DNA of 64,000 bases from Anaerolineae bacterium (lineage in GTDB: Bacteria; Chloroflexota; Anaerolineae; Anaerolineales; Villigracilaceae). Under the pieces are notes generated by a model. The model saw only the letters and a program-made list of their open reading frames with translations, searched no databases and was not told the DNA's origin. The stretch covers positions 6,602 through 70,601 of the forward strand of contig JBGPQK010000008.1 of assembly GCA_041489005.1 (NCBI GenBank). Reading direction: 5' to 3'. This document shows positions 18,795 through 28,098 of this stretch, piece by piece (the stretch's first letter is position 1; the number at the start of each line of letters is the position of its first letter). Made by a program: the position numbers and the translations under genes.

Positions 18795-21131
18795 CTATTT
18801 CTTGATCAGTACGAACACGCCGGTGAAATTGACGGTCGCCTTGACATAATCGCCCAGGGTGCGGGTACCGGAGAAGATGCGCATCCCGTCGGAAGGGTCG
18901 GCATCCGGATGCAGTGCGTACACCAGCGGGACACCATCTAGGCGTTCAGTGTATTTGGGCAGTTCCACCCAGCCACCGGTCCCGTTACTGTCGGTCGGGT
19001 CCCAGTACAGGATGGCATAGTGGTCGTTCGGGGTGGCATCTTCGGGCAGCTTGAAGGCCAGGCCGAGAGAGCCACCATTGGTCAGGAGCGTGACCTGCTG
19101 ATCGCCATCCATCAGGGTGAAATGGAAGGCGGAAACGAACTCCGTTCCCTGTGGGATGACCCCGGGTAAAGCCTCCCCGAGCAGGGCCAGCAGGTTGAAT
19201 GAACCGGTGGCCGGGCAGTTCAGGGTGGCCCTGTCCTCGCCCGGTAGGACCAGCACAGTGCCGATGTAATCGGTGCAGTTCTGCTCGACCGGCTCACCGC
19301 CTGTCTCAGGCACTTCCACCACATGGTAAGGTTTCGGCTCCGGCTCGGATTTGGGCTCTTCCGGCGGAGAGCATGGGGAAACGCTGTTGTCCACAACGAT
19401 GTCGTATATGCTGAGTCCGGTCGCACCGCCGTTATCTCCTAGTAGGGGGGCTGTGACCCTCGTCAACGTGCCGTCCGGCCCAATGGCTGCATAGATGCCG
19501 TAACCGCCATTGGTCTCGTAATCGCCGCTGTTCACGCTGACATTCACCCCGCCGGCGGTTGTACCGCAGGGAGCCACATAGGTGATGTAGGCGCCCTTCA
19601 AGCCGTTGCCAATGGCTGTTACGCCCAGGAGAGTAACATCCGGATCCGTGGCGACACCAGTGGATTCAATATATAGACCTTTTTCGGTATTTCCATTAAA
19701 AATACTTCCCATGATCGTGATCGATCCATCCATATTCCCGACGATCGCACCGATGTTCTGTCCGAGGTCACCGAGTGTGTTGTTCGCAACCACATCGGTG
19801 AGGGTGACGGTTCCCTGCATCGTTCCAGCTGCCAGACCCGCATAGCTGTTATCGGAAAAAGTAGAAACGGCGACATTAACATCCCCCTGCTCGCTGCCAA
19901 CCGTCGCGCCGATATCGTTGCCGGTGGCGGTCACGAAGCTCAGGTTGACATACCCAATCCCCGTACCTGCTTGCAGACCGATCCCGTACCCATCCAATTC
20001 CGGATCTGGGGTGTTGTTACTGTTGAAGGTGCCACCTGATACCATGATATTCCCCGCATCCGTCCCAACGATGGCGCCATATTGGTTGTCCGAGGCGGTC
20101 ACGTTATTGAGGATGACGTCCCCGGAACTTGTACCAGCATATAATCCATTGTAATCATTACCATTGAAGGTGAATCCGGGAGGGTTGGCGACCAAGATAC
20201 TACCATCGGAGTTCAGATCGGCACCGGTGGCATTTCCATCCGCACCAACCATGTTCAAAGAAACTAAACCGGCGCCATCGACATACAACCCGGTACCACC
20301 ATTCAAATCAAATGTGCTGTTGGTGATCAGAACATCGCTGGTCCCGTTGCAGACCCATCCGGCGATGTCCGGATCCGGGTTGGGCACCATCACACAGTTA
20401 TCCAGATAGGCACCGTCATATCCGGCGCCGGTTACATTCACGTTGTTGACGGTGATCGCGTTGGAAATGATGTTATCGCCGGTCGTTACAACACGGAGAC
20501 CATAGGAGTCGGGGGTGTAAGACGTCAGGTCGATATTGATGTCATTCAATGTAACATCCGTCCCCCAGTTGGTGACGAAGATCGGAACAGTGAAAGTACT
20601 GGTCCCAATCTGGGTGGCATAATCCGGGCTCAGAAGGGTGAGATCCCAGCCTCCATCCAGGGTCAGGGCACCCCAGGTAGTCAATGTGGAACCATCGAAT
20701 TGAATACTGGTCTCAGGGCCTGCATAGCTCCCATTCTCGATATAGACAGTGCCAGGCCCGCTGATCGTGGAGTCCGCCAGCAGGGAGGTGAAATCAGAAT
20801 GAGCAATCGTGCAGCCGTTCGTACCGGGCGTCGGTGTGGTTTGTACGGCCGGACACCAGATCGGATCGCTGGTGACGATCGCCTCCGCAGCTGCCTGGGT
20901 GGCGAGTGGTTCGGTCGAGCCGTCCGAGTTCAGGACGACGATCTCGGTCCCCTCCGGGGCCTGGTCGAGGATCTCCGGAACGGTCGGGACCTCCTCAACA
21001 ACCACCGGAGCAACCTCGGTCGGATCCGGAGGTGGTGTCCCATCGTCCGCCCGTGCGACGACAGGCGTCATCAATTGCAGGACGAAGGTCAGAATGACCA
21101 TGCTGGGGACCAGCATGCGTTTGATTGACAT
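18795..21131 (-). CDS. large secreted protein with right-handed parallel beta-helix repeats
   Basis: Signal peptide (VVARADD), a long run of ~22-25-aa G/N/T-rich repeats (NxxG, GxxV, TxxN periodicity), a PEEPKSEPEPKP linker and a C-terminal beta-rich domain. Confidence 0.65.
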   Translation of the reverse strand: MSIKRMLVPSMVILTFVLQLMTPVVARADDGTPPPDPTEVAPVVVEEVPTVPEILDQAPEGTEIVVLNSDGSTEPLATQAAAEAIVTSDPIWCPAVQTTPTPGTNGCTIAHSDFTSLLADSTISGPGTVYIENGSYAGPETSIQFDGSTLTTWGALTLDGGWDLTLLSPDYATQIGTSTFTVPIFVTNWGTDVTLNDINIDLTSYTPDSYGLRVVTTGDNIISNAITVNNVNVTGAGYDGAYLDNCVMVPNPDPDIAGWVCNGTSDVLITNSTFDLNGGTGLYVDGAGLVSLNMVGADGNATGADLNSDGSILVANPPGFTFNGNDYNGLYAGTSSGDVILNNVTASDNQYGAIVGTDAGNIMVSGGTFNSNNTPDPELDGYGIGLQAGTGIGYVNLSFVTATGNDIGATVGSEQGDVNVAVSTFSDNSYAGLAAGTMQGTVTLTDVVANNTLGDLGQNIGAIVGNMDGSITIMGSIFNGNTEKGLYIESTGVATDPDVTLLGVTAIGNGLKGAYITYVAPCGTTAGGVNVSVNSGDYETNGGYGIYAAIGPDGTLTRVTAPLLGDNGGATGLSIYDIVVDNSVSPCSPPEEPKSEPEPKPYHVVEVPETGGEPVEQNCTDYIGTVLVLPGEDRATLNCPATGSFNLLALLGEALPGVIPQGTEFVSAFHFTLMDGDQQVTLLTNGGSLGLAFKLPEDATPNDHYAILYWDPTDSNGTGGWVELPKYTERLDGVPLVYALHPDADPSDGMRIFSGTRTLGDYVKATVNFTGVFVLIKK

Positions 21132-21297
21132 AAAAAATCCTCCTCAAAAATGAATGGGCGAAATTTCACAATGATCGTGCAATTAATTGTAAGTATACAA
21201 TTATTTATTGCTCAAGACAATAATTCTGACAGTCCTAACAGGATTGTAAAGTAATCGGAAAAAAATCCAGGTTTTTAAAAGGCAGTATAATCCCTCC

Positions 21298-21789
21298 ATG
21301 TCTGAAGACTTGGAAGTCACCATTGGAAACCTGCTGCGTCTCCGCGGCCTGAAACTGGCCGCCGCCGAATCCTGCACCGGTGGCCTGGTAGCTGACCACA
21401 TCACGGATGTCCCCGGCTCATCCGATTACTTCGTGGGCGGGGTTGTAGCCTATGCATTTGAGGCCAAAGTGGCCCTGTTGCACGTTTCGTGGGATACCAT
21501 GCGCCTCCACGGTGCTGTCAGCCGGGAGACCGTGATTGAAATGGCACGCGGCGTCCGCACCGCGCTGGGCGCAGATATTGGAATCAGCGTGAGCGGCATC
21601 GCCGGACCTGCCGGTGGATTGCCGGAAAAGCCGGTCGGGTCCACCTGGATCGGTCTTTCGGCGCGTGATGGTGACTGGGCCCGTAAATTCAACTGGGACG
21701 GTGACCGCCGCGCCAATAAAGAGTCCTCGGCGCAGGCTTCGCTCCAGTTAATTCTGGATTACCTGGATAAAAAACTGGAAAATGGGTGA
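21298..21789 (+). CDS. pncC: CinA C-terminal-type nicotinamide-nucleotide amidohydrolase
   Basis: LAAAESCTGGL and VSGIAGPAGG are family signatures. Confidence 0.85.
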   Translation: MSEDLEVTIGNLLRLRGLKLAAAESCTGGLVADHITDVPGSSDYFVGGVVAYAFEAKVALLHVSWDTMRLHGAVSRETVIEMARGVRTALGADIGISVSGIAGPAGGLPEKPVGSTWIGLSARDGDWARKFNWDGDRRANKESSAQASLQLILDYLDKKLENG

Positions 21790-22456
21790 TCAACGTATCA
21801 TCGTACTGATCTCGGCTAATTCCGAATGGCGGGCAGTCAAGGAGATACTCACCCCATCCCGTGTACAATCCACGCTGCTGGGTGAGACTTTCGACGTTCG
21901 ACCTGTGACATATTTCCACGGAGGCTGGGGCAAGATTTCCGCCGCGGCAACGACACAGGTGGTTATTGATCACTTCCAGCCCGACCTGCTGATCAACTTG
22001 GGAACCTGCGGCGGATTCGAAGGCCGAATTGCGCGCGGGACCATCATCCTGGTTACAAAAACGATCGTTTACGACATTATCGAGCAAATGTCCGACCCGG
22101 AGGATGCCATCGCCCACTACTCCACCGAGATCGACCTTTCTTGGTTGCCCGAACCCCTCCCCTTCTCTGTCCAGCGCGGGTTGCTCGTTTCTGCCGACCG
22201 GGACATCCTCCCAGCGGATATCCCCGGTTTGGTTCATAAGTACGGAGCCATCGCCGCAGATTGGGAGTCCGGGGCGATTGCCTGGGTGGCACATAGAAAT
22301 GGGAAGAAGTGTCTCATCCTGCGCGGGGTCACCGATCTGGTCAGCGCGGGGGGTGGGGAAGCATATGGCAATATCGAATTATTCCACGAGAACACAAAAT
22401 CAATCATGAAAACGCTGGTTCACCAGTTGCCAGGATGGCTGGAAAGCATCGAATAA
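21782..22456 (+). CDS. nucleoside phosphorylase family-1 protein (MTA/SAH nucleosidase-like)
   Basis: INLGTCGG and ADWESGAIAWVA...LRGVTDL resemble MTAN/futalosine-hydrolase active-site segments. Confidence 0.7.
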   Translation: MGDQRIIVLISANSEWRAVKEILTPSRVQSTLLGETFDVRPVTYFHGGWGKISAAATTQVVIDHFQPDLLINLGTCGGFEGRIARGTIILVTKTIVYDIIEQMSDPEDAIAHYSTEIDLSWLPEPLPFSVQRGLLVSADRDILPADIPGLVHKYGAIAADWESGAIAWVAHRNGKKCLILRGVTDLVSAGGGEAYGNIELFHENTKSIMKTLVHQLPGWLESIE

Positions 22457-22547
22457 AGGCTCACAACTGTCCCCTTCTACACTTGCTTCCGCTGGACGCT
22501 GCCCGGAGTAAAGTATCTGGCTTGATAGCCGGTATCCTCTTTCCTGC

Positions 22548-23810
22548 ATGTTTCCATTTATGACCTCCCCTGCCCCCGACAATTCTGAAGAAATCCGAAA
22601 GCGCAACTTCCTCAATGTGCAGATTGATGCCATCGGCGTCAGTATCTCAAACGTGGCCGCGCCTTTCCTGCCGGTCTTCCTGACCCGTCTCGGCGCCAGC
22701 AATTTCCAGGTCGGGTTGCTTTCGTCCATGCCGGGGGTGACCGGGCTCATTCTTGCCATCCTGGTGGGCCGCTTCCTCCAGACGCGTCGGCGCATTGTCC
22801 CGTGGTTCAGCCTGTCACGCCTGATGGTCATCTCGTCTTACGCTTTAACCGGCCTGCTGACCCTGCTCCTCCCCAGGAGCTCCATGGTGGCCTCCACGCT
22901 CGCCATCTGGGCCTTAGCCTCCCTGCCTCAGACTGCCCTGGCAGTGTCCTTTTCGGTGGTAATGAATGCTGTAGCCGGTCCGGAGGGACGCTATGCCTTG
23001 CTCAGCCGGCGCTGGGCCATCTTCGGCCTGACCAGCGTGGTTGGTACCTTTATCATCACCCGCGTGATTGACCGGGTGGTTTTCCCGTTGAACTATGCGC
23101 TAATGTTCCTGGGATTGTCGCTGGGCGGGCTGATCAGCTTCTATTTCTCGAACCGGATCACCCTGCCCGACCAGAACACCCAGCCGCTTTCCACCAGTCA
23201 ATCGCCGAAGGAAACCATCCGCAACTACCTGCTCCTGCTGCGAAGCAACCCGGCCTTTGTTTCGTTCGCCTCCAAACGTTTTGTTTATTTTTCAGCGCTG
23301 GCTTTGAGCGCCCCCATCATGCCGTTGTTTCTTGTGTGGGAAGTTGGTGCCTCGGACTCGCAAATCGGCAGCGTCACGATGATCTTCACCCTGGTGATGC
23401 TGGTGGGATACTTCCTCTGGCCGCGCGTATCCAAGCGCCGCGGCGGACGATTCGTCCTTTTGGCGACCACCCTGGGTATGGTGCTCTACCCGGCGCTGAC
23501 CGCAACCACCCGCCACGTGGAGTTGATTATGGTCTTCGCCGGTATCGCCGGATTCTTCCAGGCCGGGCTTGATCTGGTCTTTTTCGACGAGCTGCTGAAG
23601 ACCGTCCCTTCCGAATACAGCGCCACATTTGTTTCAATTGCGCAGTCCGTGCAGTATCTCTCCATCGTCATCGCTCCGGTGATGGGTACATTCCTGGCAA
23701 ATTACATCGGCCTGGGTGGGGCATTGTGGCTGAGCGCCGGTCTGAGGCTCCTGGGATTCTTGCTGTTCCTGAGGCGGGGAAAAATCACCTCGCGCGTACC
23801 CGATGGCTAG
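22548..23810 (+). CDS. MFS transporter
   Basis: About 12 TM helices in a 6+6 layout with a basic loop (GRFLQTRRR). Confidence 0.75.
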   Translation: MFPFMTSPAPDNSEEIRKRNFLNVQIDAIGVSISNVAAPFLPVFLTRLGASNFQVGLLSSMPGVTGLILAILVGRFLQTRRRIVPWFSLSRLMVISSYALTGLLTLLLPRSSMVASTLAIWALASLPQTALAVSFSVVMNAVAGPEGRYALLSRRWAIFGLTSVVGTFIITRVIDRVVFPLNYALMFLGLSLGGLISFYFSNRITLPDQNTQPLSTSQSPKETIRNYLLLLRSNPAFVSFASKRFVYFSALALSAPIMPLFLVWEVGASDSQIGSVTMIFTLVMLVGYFLWPRVSKRRGGRFVLLATTLGMVLYPALTATTRHVELIMVFAGIAGFFQAGLDLVFFDELLKTVPSEYSATFVSIAQSVQYLSIVIAPVMGTFLANYIGLGGALWLSAGLRLLGFLLFLRRGKITSRVPDG

Positions 23811-23864
23811 GGGCCCGACATCTCCCGCAAAAGTGCTGAGAAATGTTGGTCTTATTCCTAATAG

Positions 23865-23896
23865 AAGCGACTCACTTCGTACGTGGGTCGCTTTTC
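23865..23896 (+). terminator. intrinsic terminator between the convergent MFS and metG genes
   Basis: 11-bp stem AAGCGACTCAC / GTGGGTCGCTT followed by TTTT. Confidence 0.6.
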
Positions 23897-23905
23897 AATC
23901 TTGAT

Positions 23906-25744
23906 TTACTTTCCTAGCCTCGCCCGTTCTTCTTCAATCACGCTTTCTTCCAACTTCTTGAACAGCGGCATAGGCTGGTTGAGTTTAGCGCCGGATTTCA
24001 ATTCGCTTGGCTTCCACTGCATCCCGTCAACGCCATGATACATCAGCACAGTATGCTCGCCGAGCGAGTCCTTCACGGTCTCGGTATAGGATTCCCCAAA
24101 CAGCGGACTCCCATTCCCAAGGAATCCATTCAGTTTCTCACTGGTGAATGGCAGGAATGGTGCGAACAAGACCTTCAACGAGTCGATCGCTTTCAGGGCG
24201 GTGTAGATGGTCAGGGCGGCTGATTCCTTGTCTGTCTTGACTGCCTGCCATGGCGCCATCTGGTCGAGGTACTGGTTGACGGTTGTCGCCAGGCGGAAGG
24301 CCTCCTGTAAGGCAGCCCGCAGTTTCACCGCCTCCAGCAGTCCACCCACAGACTGGAATCCGGCCTCGATTCCGGCCAGCATCTCCAGGTCTATGGGACG
24401 TAGAGGCAGTGGCTTGTCCTCGCCCACCTTGAAAGACGGCACATATCCTTCCCAGTGTTGATAACAAAAAGCCAGTACTCTATTCGCCAGGTTGCCCCAG
24501 GTGGCCACTAATTCGCCGTTGTTTTTGGCGACAAATTCCTTCCAGTCCCAGTCAGAATCGTGATTCTCCGGCATGTTAACCGTCAAGTAGTAGCGTAAGG
24601 CATCCGGTTCGTACCGGGTCAGTGCCTCCCGGCCCCACACTGCCCAGTTGCGCGAACCGGAGATCTTCTGACCTTCCAAGTTCATGAATTGGTTGGCAGG
24701 CACATCGTAGGGCAACACCAGGCGTACCCCCTCCCCTGACGCTCTTTCCGCGATGGGGGAGGGCTTGGGTGGGGGTGCGAAGATCTGCAGGAATTGCTCC
24801 CCAGCGCCCATCAACTCGGCCGGCCACATTGCGGTGTGGAAGAAGATATTATCCTTGCCGATGAAGTAAAAAGCCCGCGCCAACGGGTCCACCCACCAGT
24901 TTTTCCAGGCATCGTGGTTGCCGTTGATCTTGGCCCACTCGATCGCCGCCGAAAGATAGCCGATGACCGCCTCGAACCAGACGTATAACCGCTTATCATC
25001 CCAACCCTTCACCGGCACAGGGATGCCCCAATCCAGGTCGCGCGTGATGGGCCGTGGCTTGAGTCCCTCAACTTCGATTTTCCGCAGCGATTCGCCCAGC
25101 ACCGTCTCGCGCATGTAGCCCGAGCGTTCACGCAGGAAGTTGGCAACCTCCGGTTCGAGTTTGGAGAGGTCTAGGTAGAAGTGCTCGGTCTCGCGCAGTT
25201 CGGGGGTGGAATCGTCCACTTTCGATTTCGGGTTGAGCAGTTTTTCGGGTTCGAGCACGTTGCCGCATTTATCGCACTGGTCCGAGCGCGCCCCCGGGTC
25301 GCCGCAAATGTAGCAGGTGCCTTCCACATAGCGGTCCGGCAGAAAACGTTTCGCCCCGGGGGAATACCACTGCATTGATTTCCGAGTGAACAGGAAGCCG
25401 TTCTTCTGCAAGGCCAGGAACATGGACTGCGCCACTTGGAAATGGTTTTCAGTGTGAGTGGTGGTGAAAAGGTCGTACTGGATGCCCAATTTCTGGAACA
25501 GGTCAAGAAATCCGTTGTGAAATTTCTTGTAGACTTCTTCGGCAGGTTTACCTTCTTTATCCGCCGCAATAGTAACCGGTGTGCCGTGCGAGTCCGTTCC
25601 GGAGACCATCAGCACGTTATTCCCTTTCAAGCGGTGGTAACGGGCAACAATGTCACCGGGCAGGTACGAACCGGTAATGTTGCCAACGTGGATCTCGGCG
25701 TTGGCGTAGGGCCAGGCGATGGCGATCAGGATGTTTTCGGTCAT
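23906..25744 (-). CDS. metG: methionine--tRNA ligase
   Basis: HIGH-type motif (PYANAEIHVGN), zinc knuckle CYICGD...CDKCG and a KMSKS variant KISGSRN. Confidence 0.92.
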   Translation of the reverse strand: MTENILIAIAWPYANAEIHVGNITGSYLPGDIVARYHRLKGNNVLMVSGTDSHGTPVTIAADKEGKPAEEVYKKFHNGFLDLFQKLGIQYDLFTTTHTENHFQVAQSMFLALQKNGFLFTRKSMQWYSPGAKRFLPDRYVEGTCYICGDPGARSDQCDKCGNVLEPEKLLNPKSKVDDSTPELRETEHFYLDLSKLEPEVANFLRERSGYMRETVLGESLRKIEVEGLKPRPITRDLDWGIPVPVKGWDDKRLYVWFEAVIGYLSAAIEWAKINGNHDAWKNWWVDPLARAFYFIGKDNIFFHTAMWPAELMGAGEQFLQIFAPPPKPSPIAERASGEGVRLVLPYDVPANQFMNLEGQKISGSRNWAVWGREALTRYEPDALRYYLTVNMPENHDSDWDWKEFVAKNNGELVATWGNLANRVLAFCYQHWEGYVPSFKVGEDKPLPLRPIDLEMLAGIEAGFQSVGGLLEAVKLRAALQEAFRLATTVNQYLDQMAPWQAVKTDKESAALTIYTALKAIDSLKVLFAPFLPFTSEKLNGFLGNGSPLFGESYTETVKDSLGEHTVLMYHGVDGMQWKPSELKSGAKLNQPMPLFKKLEESVIEEERARLGK

Positions 25745-25836
25745 AGGTCACTCCGTTAATGGTGAATGGTTGGTAGATATTGCAGGTTTCGAAAGGTTCA
25801 ATGCCCGAAGGCATAATTTGATGGACCCTGCTCTTC

Positions 25837-25869
25837 CAAACAAAAAGGCCGTCCTTCCAACGGACAGCC
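25837..25869 (-). terminator. intrinsic terminator inside the metG leader (attenuator)
   Basis: On the minus strand, GGCTGTCC-GTTGGAA-GGACGGCC is followed by TTTTTGTTT, about 90 nt upstream of the metG ATG on the same strand. Confidence 0.6.
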
Positions 25870-25891
25870 CTTTGGGTTGGCAAACAATATC

Positions 25892-25975
25892 TTACGCTCC
25901 CGGTACGGCTATCCGTGCGTGGCAAGGCATTGCCATGGGCATCATCATGGAAATGGAAAACGTAGGAGTATTCAT
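25892..25975 (-). promoter_or_regulatory. candidate Met-codon-rich leader peptide ORF of metG
   Basis: The minus strand reads ATG AAT ACT CCT ACG TTT TCC ATT TCC ATG ATG ATG CCC ATG GCA ATG CCT TGC CAC GCA CGG ATA GCC GTA CCG GGA GCG TAA, giving MNTPTFSISMMMPMAMPCHARIAVPGA*. Its 3' part (ACGGATAGCC) is complementary to the 5' arm of the terminator. Confidence 0.4.
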
Positions 25976-25982
25976 CAGGTTG

Positions 25983-26011
25983 AGTTTACTATGTACTGCG
26001 CCAAGTTGCAA
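25983..26011 (-). promoter_or_regulatory. candidate sigma-70-type promoter of the metG leader
   Basis: TTGCAA, 17 nt, then TAAACT on the minus strand. The leader ATG starts 8 nt after the -10 box, so the transcript may be leaderless. Confidence 0.35.
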
Positions 26012-26144
26012 GCTCTAATTTGCAGGCATTCCCTTTAGATCTAATCCAAAAAGGACTGCCCGGTTGCAAGGGGTTCCATCATGAATTGCTTTCGGATTGT
26101 CACCACAGATTGAGAAACTGGTTGTACAATCTCCCCCGAGGTAA

Positions 26145-27878
26145 ATGATGAAACCATTCCAACTCATTTTCAACTATGCTCGCAAATACACCTTCTCGTT
26201 GGTCGTGACAACTGTCAGTATGCTAGCCCTGGTGGGCATACAATTGCTCATCCCTTGGATAGTCAAATTGCTGGTTGCCGAGGTGACAGCACCTGCAGCT
26301 GGTATGGCAGATATGAGCTATATCACTCGACTGACAATCATTGTCTTGATTGCATTTATTGGGCGCGCCGGCCTGCAGTTTGTCCGCTCGTACGTGGCTC
26401 ACGTGGCTGGTTGGGGTGTAGTGGCTGATGTGCGCAAATATATTTACAATCACATGCAGCGCCTCTCCTTGCGATTCTATGAAGACAAGCAGGTTGGGCA
26501 GCTGATGTCCAACGTGGTCAATGATACCGATCTGTTCGAGCAATTCATCTCCCATGCCATCCCAGACGTGGTTGTTAACGTGGTCACCCTGTTAGGCGTG
26601 ACCGCTGTTCTCCTCGGCCTGAATTGGAAACTGACCCTGCTTAGCACCCTCCCCATCCCGCTGGTCATCCTGTCCCTGCAAATATATGCTAAACGCGTCC
26701 GCCCAGCATTCCGCAACCGTCAGAAGGAACTCGGCAACCTGAATGCCCTGCTCAACGACAACCTCTCGGGAATTCGCGAGATAAAGGCTTTCACCAAGGA
26801 AGAAGACGAGGCGAAACGCGTTCACACCGGGATTGACAACTACCGCAAGTCTCTGCTTACCGCGTTGAAATTAATGGCGACTTTCCGACCGTTTGTGGAA
26901 TTCACTTCCTCGATTGGGACGCTGATCGTCATATTCTATGGCGGACGGCTGGCGCTTCAGGGCATGCTGCCGGTCGCGGACCTGGTGGCCTTCTTCCTTT
27001 ATCTTGAAAGTTTCTACTCCCCGGTACGAAACTTGAGCGATGCCTGGGAGGCGGTGCAGTCATCGCTGGCCGGCGCAGACCGGGTGGCTGGTTTGTTAGC
27101 GGAGCCCCGCGAACCTCAGACTGCCCGTGGCGCGGCACCGGTGACGGGTCGGGTGCACGGTGATTTCGTCTTTCACAACGTCAGCTTTGAATACTCCGAG
27201 GGCATCCATGTGCTGGATAATGTCTCGCTGGAGATACCGGCCAAATCGGTGGTGGCACTGGTGGGGCCTACGGGTGTGGGCAAGACCACCCTGGTCAGTC
27301 TCATACCGCGCTTCTACGACGTAACCAGCGGATTGATTACGCTGGATGGGCGTGACCTGTGCGATTACACCCTCGACAGTCTGCGCCAGCAGATCAGCAT
27401 CGTCCTGCAGGATGTGTTCCTGTTTTATGGGACGGTGCGGGAGAATCTGCTCTTCGGCCGTCCGAATGCCGACGAGGCTGAGATGATTGCCGCCGCAAAA
27501 ACAGCCAACGCCCACGACTTCATCGCCGTCTTGCCTGAGGGATACGACACACTCATCGGCGAGCGCGGCGTCAAACTCTCCGGTGGGCAAAAGCAGCGCC
27601 TGTCCATTGCCCGGGCTATATTAAAAGACGCCCCAATCTTGATTCTCGATGAAGCAACTTCCTCGGTGGATACCGAGACCGAGCAACTCATCCAGCAGGC
27701 GCTCGATCGCCTGATGCAGGGACGCACCACCATCATCATCGCCCACCGACTGTCCACCATCCGCAACGCAGACAAGATTGTGGTTCTGGAGGATAAGTCC
27801 ATCCGCGAGATGGGGACACACGAGGAGTTGCTCGAGCTGGGCGGGTTGTATAAAAGGTTATATTCCGTACAGAACTGA
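26145..27878 (+). CDS. ABC exporter, fused permease/ATPase (MsbA/multidrug type)
   Basis: Six N-terminal TM helices, Walker A GPTGVGKTT, signature LSGGQKQRLSIARA and Walker B ILILDEATS. Confidence 0.88.
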   Translation: MMKPFQLIFNYARKYTFSLVVTTVSMLALVGIQLLIPWIVKLLVAEVTAPAAGMADMSYITRLTIIVLIAFIGRAGLQFVRSYVAHVAGWGVVADVRKYIYNHMQRLSLRFYEDKQVGQLMSNVVNDTDLFEQFISHAIPDVVVNVVTLLGVTAVLLGLNWKLTLLSTLPIPLVILSLQIYAKRVRPAFRNRQKELGNLNALLNDNLSGIREIKAFTKEEDEAKRVHTGIDNYRKSLLTALKLMATFRPFVEFTSSIGTLIVIFYGGRLALQGMLPVADLVAFFLYLESFYSPVRNLSDAWEAVQSSLAGADRVAGLLAEPREPQTARGAAPVTGRVHGDFVFHNVSFEYSEGIHVLDNVSLEIPAKSVVALVGPTGVGKTTLVSLIPRFYDVTSGLITLDGRDLCDYTLDSLRQQISIVLQDVFLFYGTVRENLLFGRPNADEAEMIAAAKTANAHDFIAVLPEGYDTLIGERGVKLSGGQKQRLSIARAILKDAPILILDEATSSVDTETEQLIQQALDRLMQGRTTIIIAHRLSTIRNADKIVVLEDKSIREMGTHEELLELGGLYKRLYSVQN

Positions 27879-27999
27879 AGTTGGTAGTTGCGACTTCGCG
27901 AAGCACCTTAAGGGTTGGTCGCAGAAATAAAACCAGGTAATAGCGACCTTAGTCGCTCGTAGCGAATGAAGTTGTTACAACTCACCATCATAAGGCGTT

Positions 28000-28036
28000 A
28001 GAGAAAGCCTCCCCGTTTGGGGAGGCTGTTATTCTT
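28000..28036. terminator. bidirectional terminator between the ABC exporter and rpoD
   Basis: 9-bp stem AGCCTCCCC-GTTT-GGGGAGGCT, flanked by A-rich sequence on one side and T-rich on the other. Confidence 0.6.
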
Positions 28037-28098
28037 AGGATGAGAATTCGCCTTTCATTCTTCTTTTTCCTGTTCCCTGGTCACCAATTCCTTGCACT

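Noticed and set aside
25745-26040. T-box riboswitch upstream of metG (a tRNA-sensing leader is common for aaRS genes, and there is a terminator plus a UGAUGA K-turn-like string).
   Set aside because: I could not find the conserved T-box sequence (GGGUGGUACCGCG with a UGGN acceptor-binding bulge), an AG bulge or the distal-loop motifs. The closest string, AGCCGTACCGGGAGCG, lacks the UGG. An Infernal scan with the Rfam T-box model would be decisive.
27880-27995. A cluster of short palindromes (TTCGCGAA, AGCGAC-CTTA-GTCGCT, GTTGTTACAAC) after the ABC exporter gene, considered as a possible ncRNA or REP-like element.
   Set aside because: Each stem is only 5-6 bp. I found no second copy in the window and no recognisable motif. 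The evidence is insufficient.
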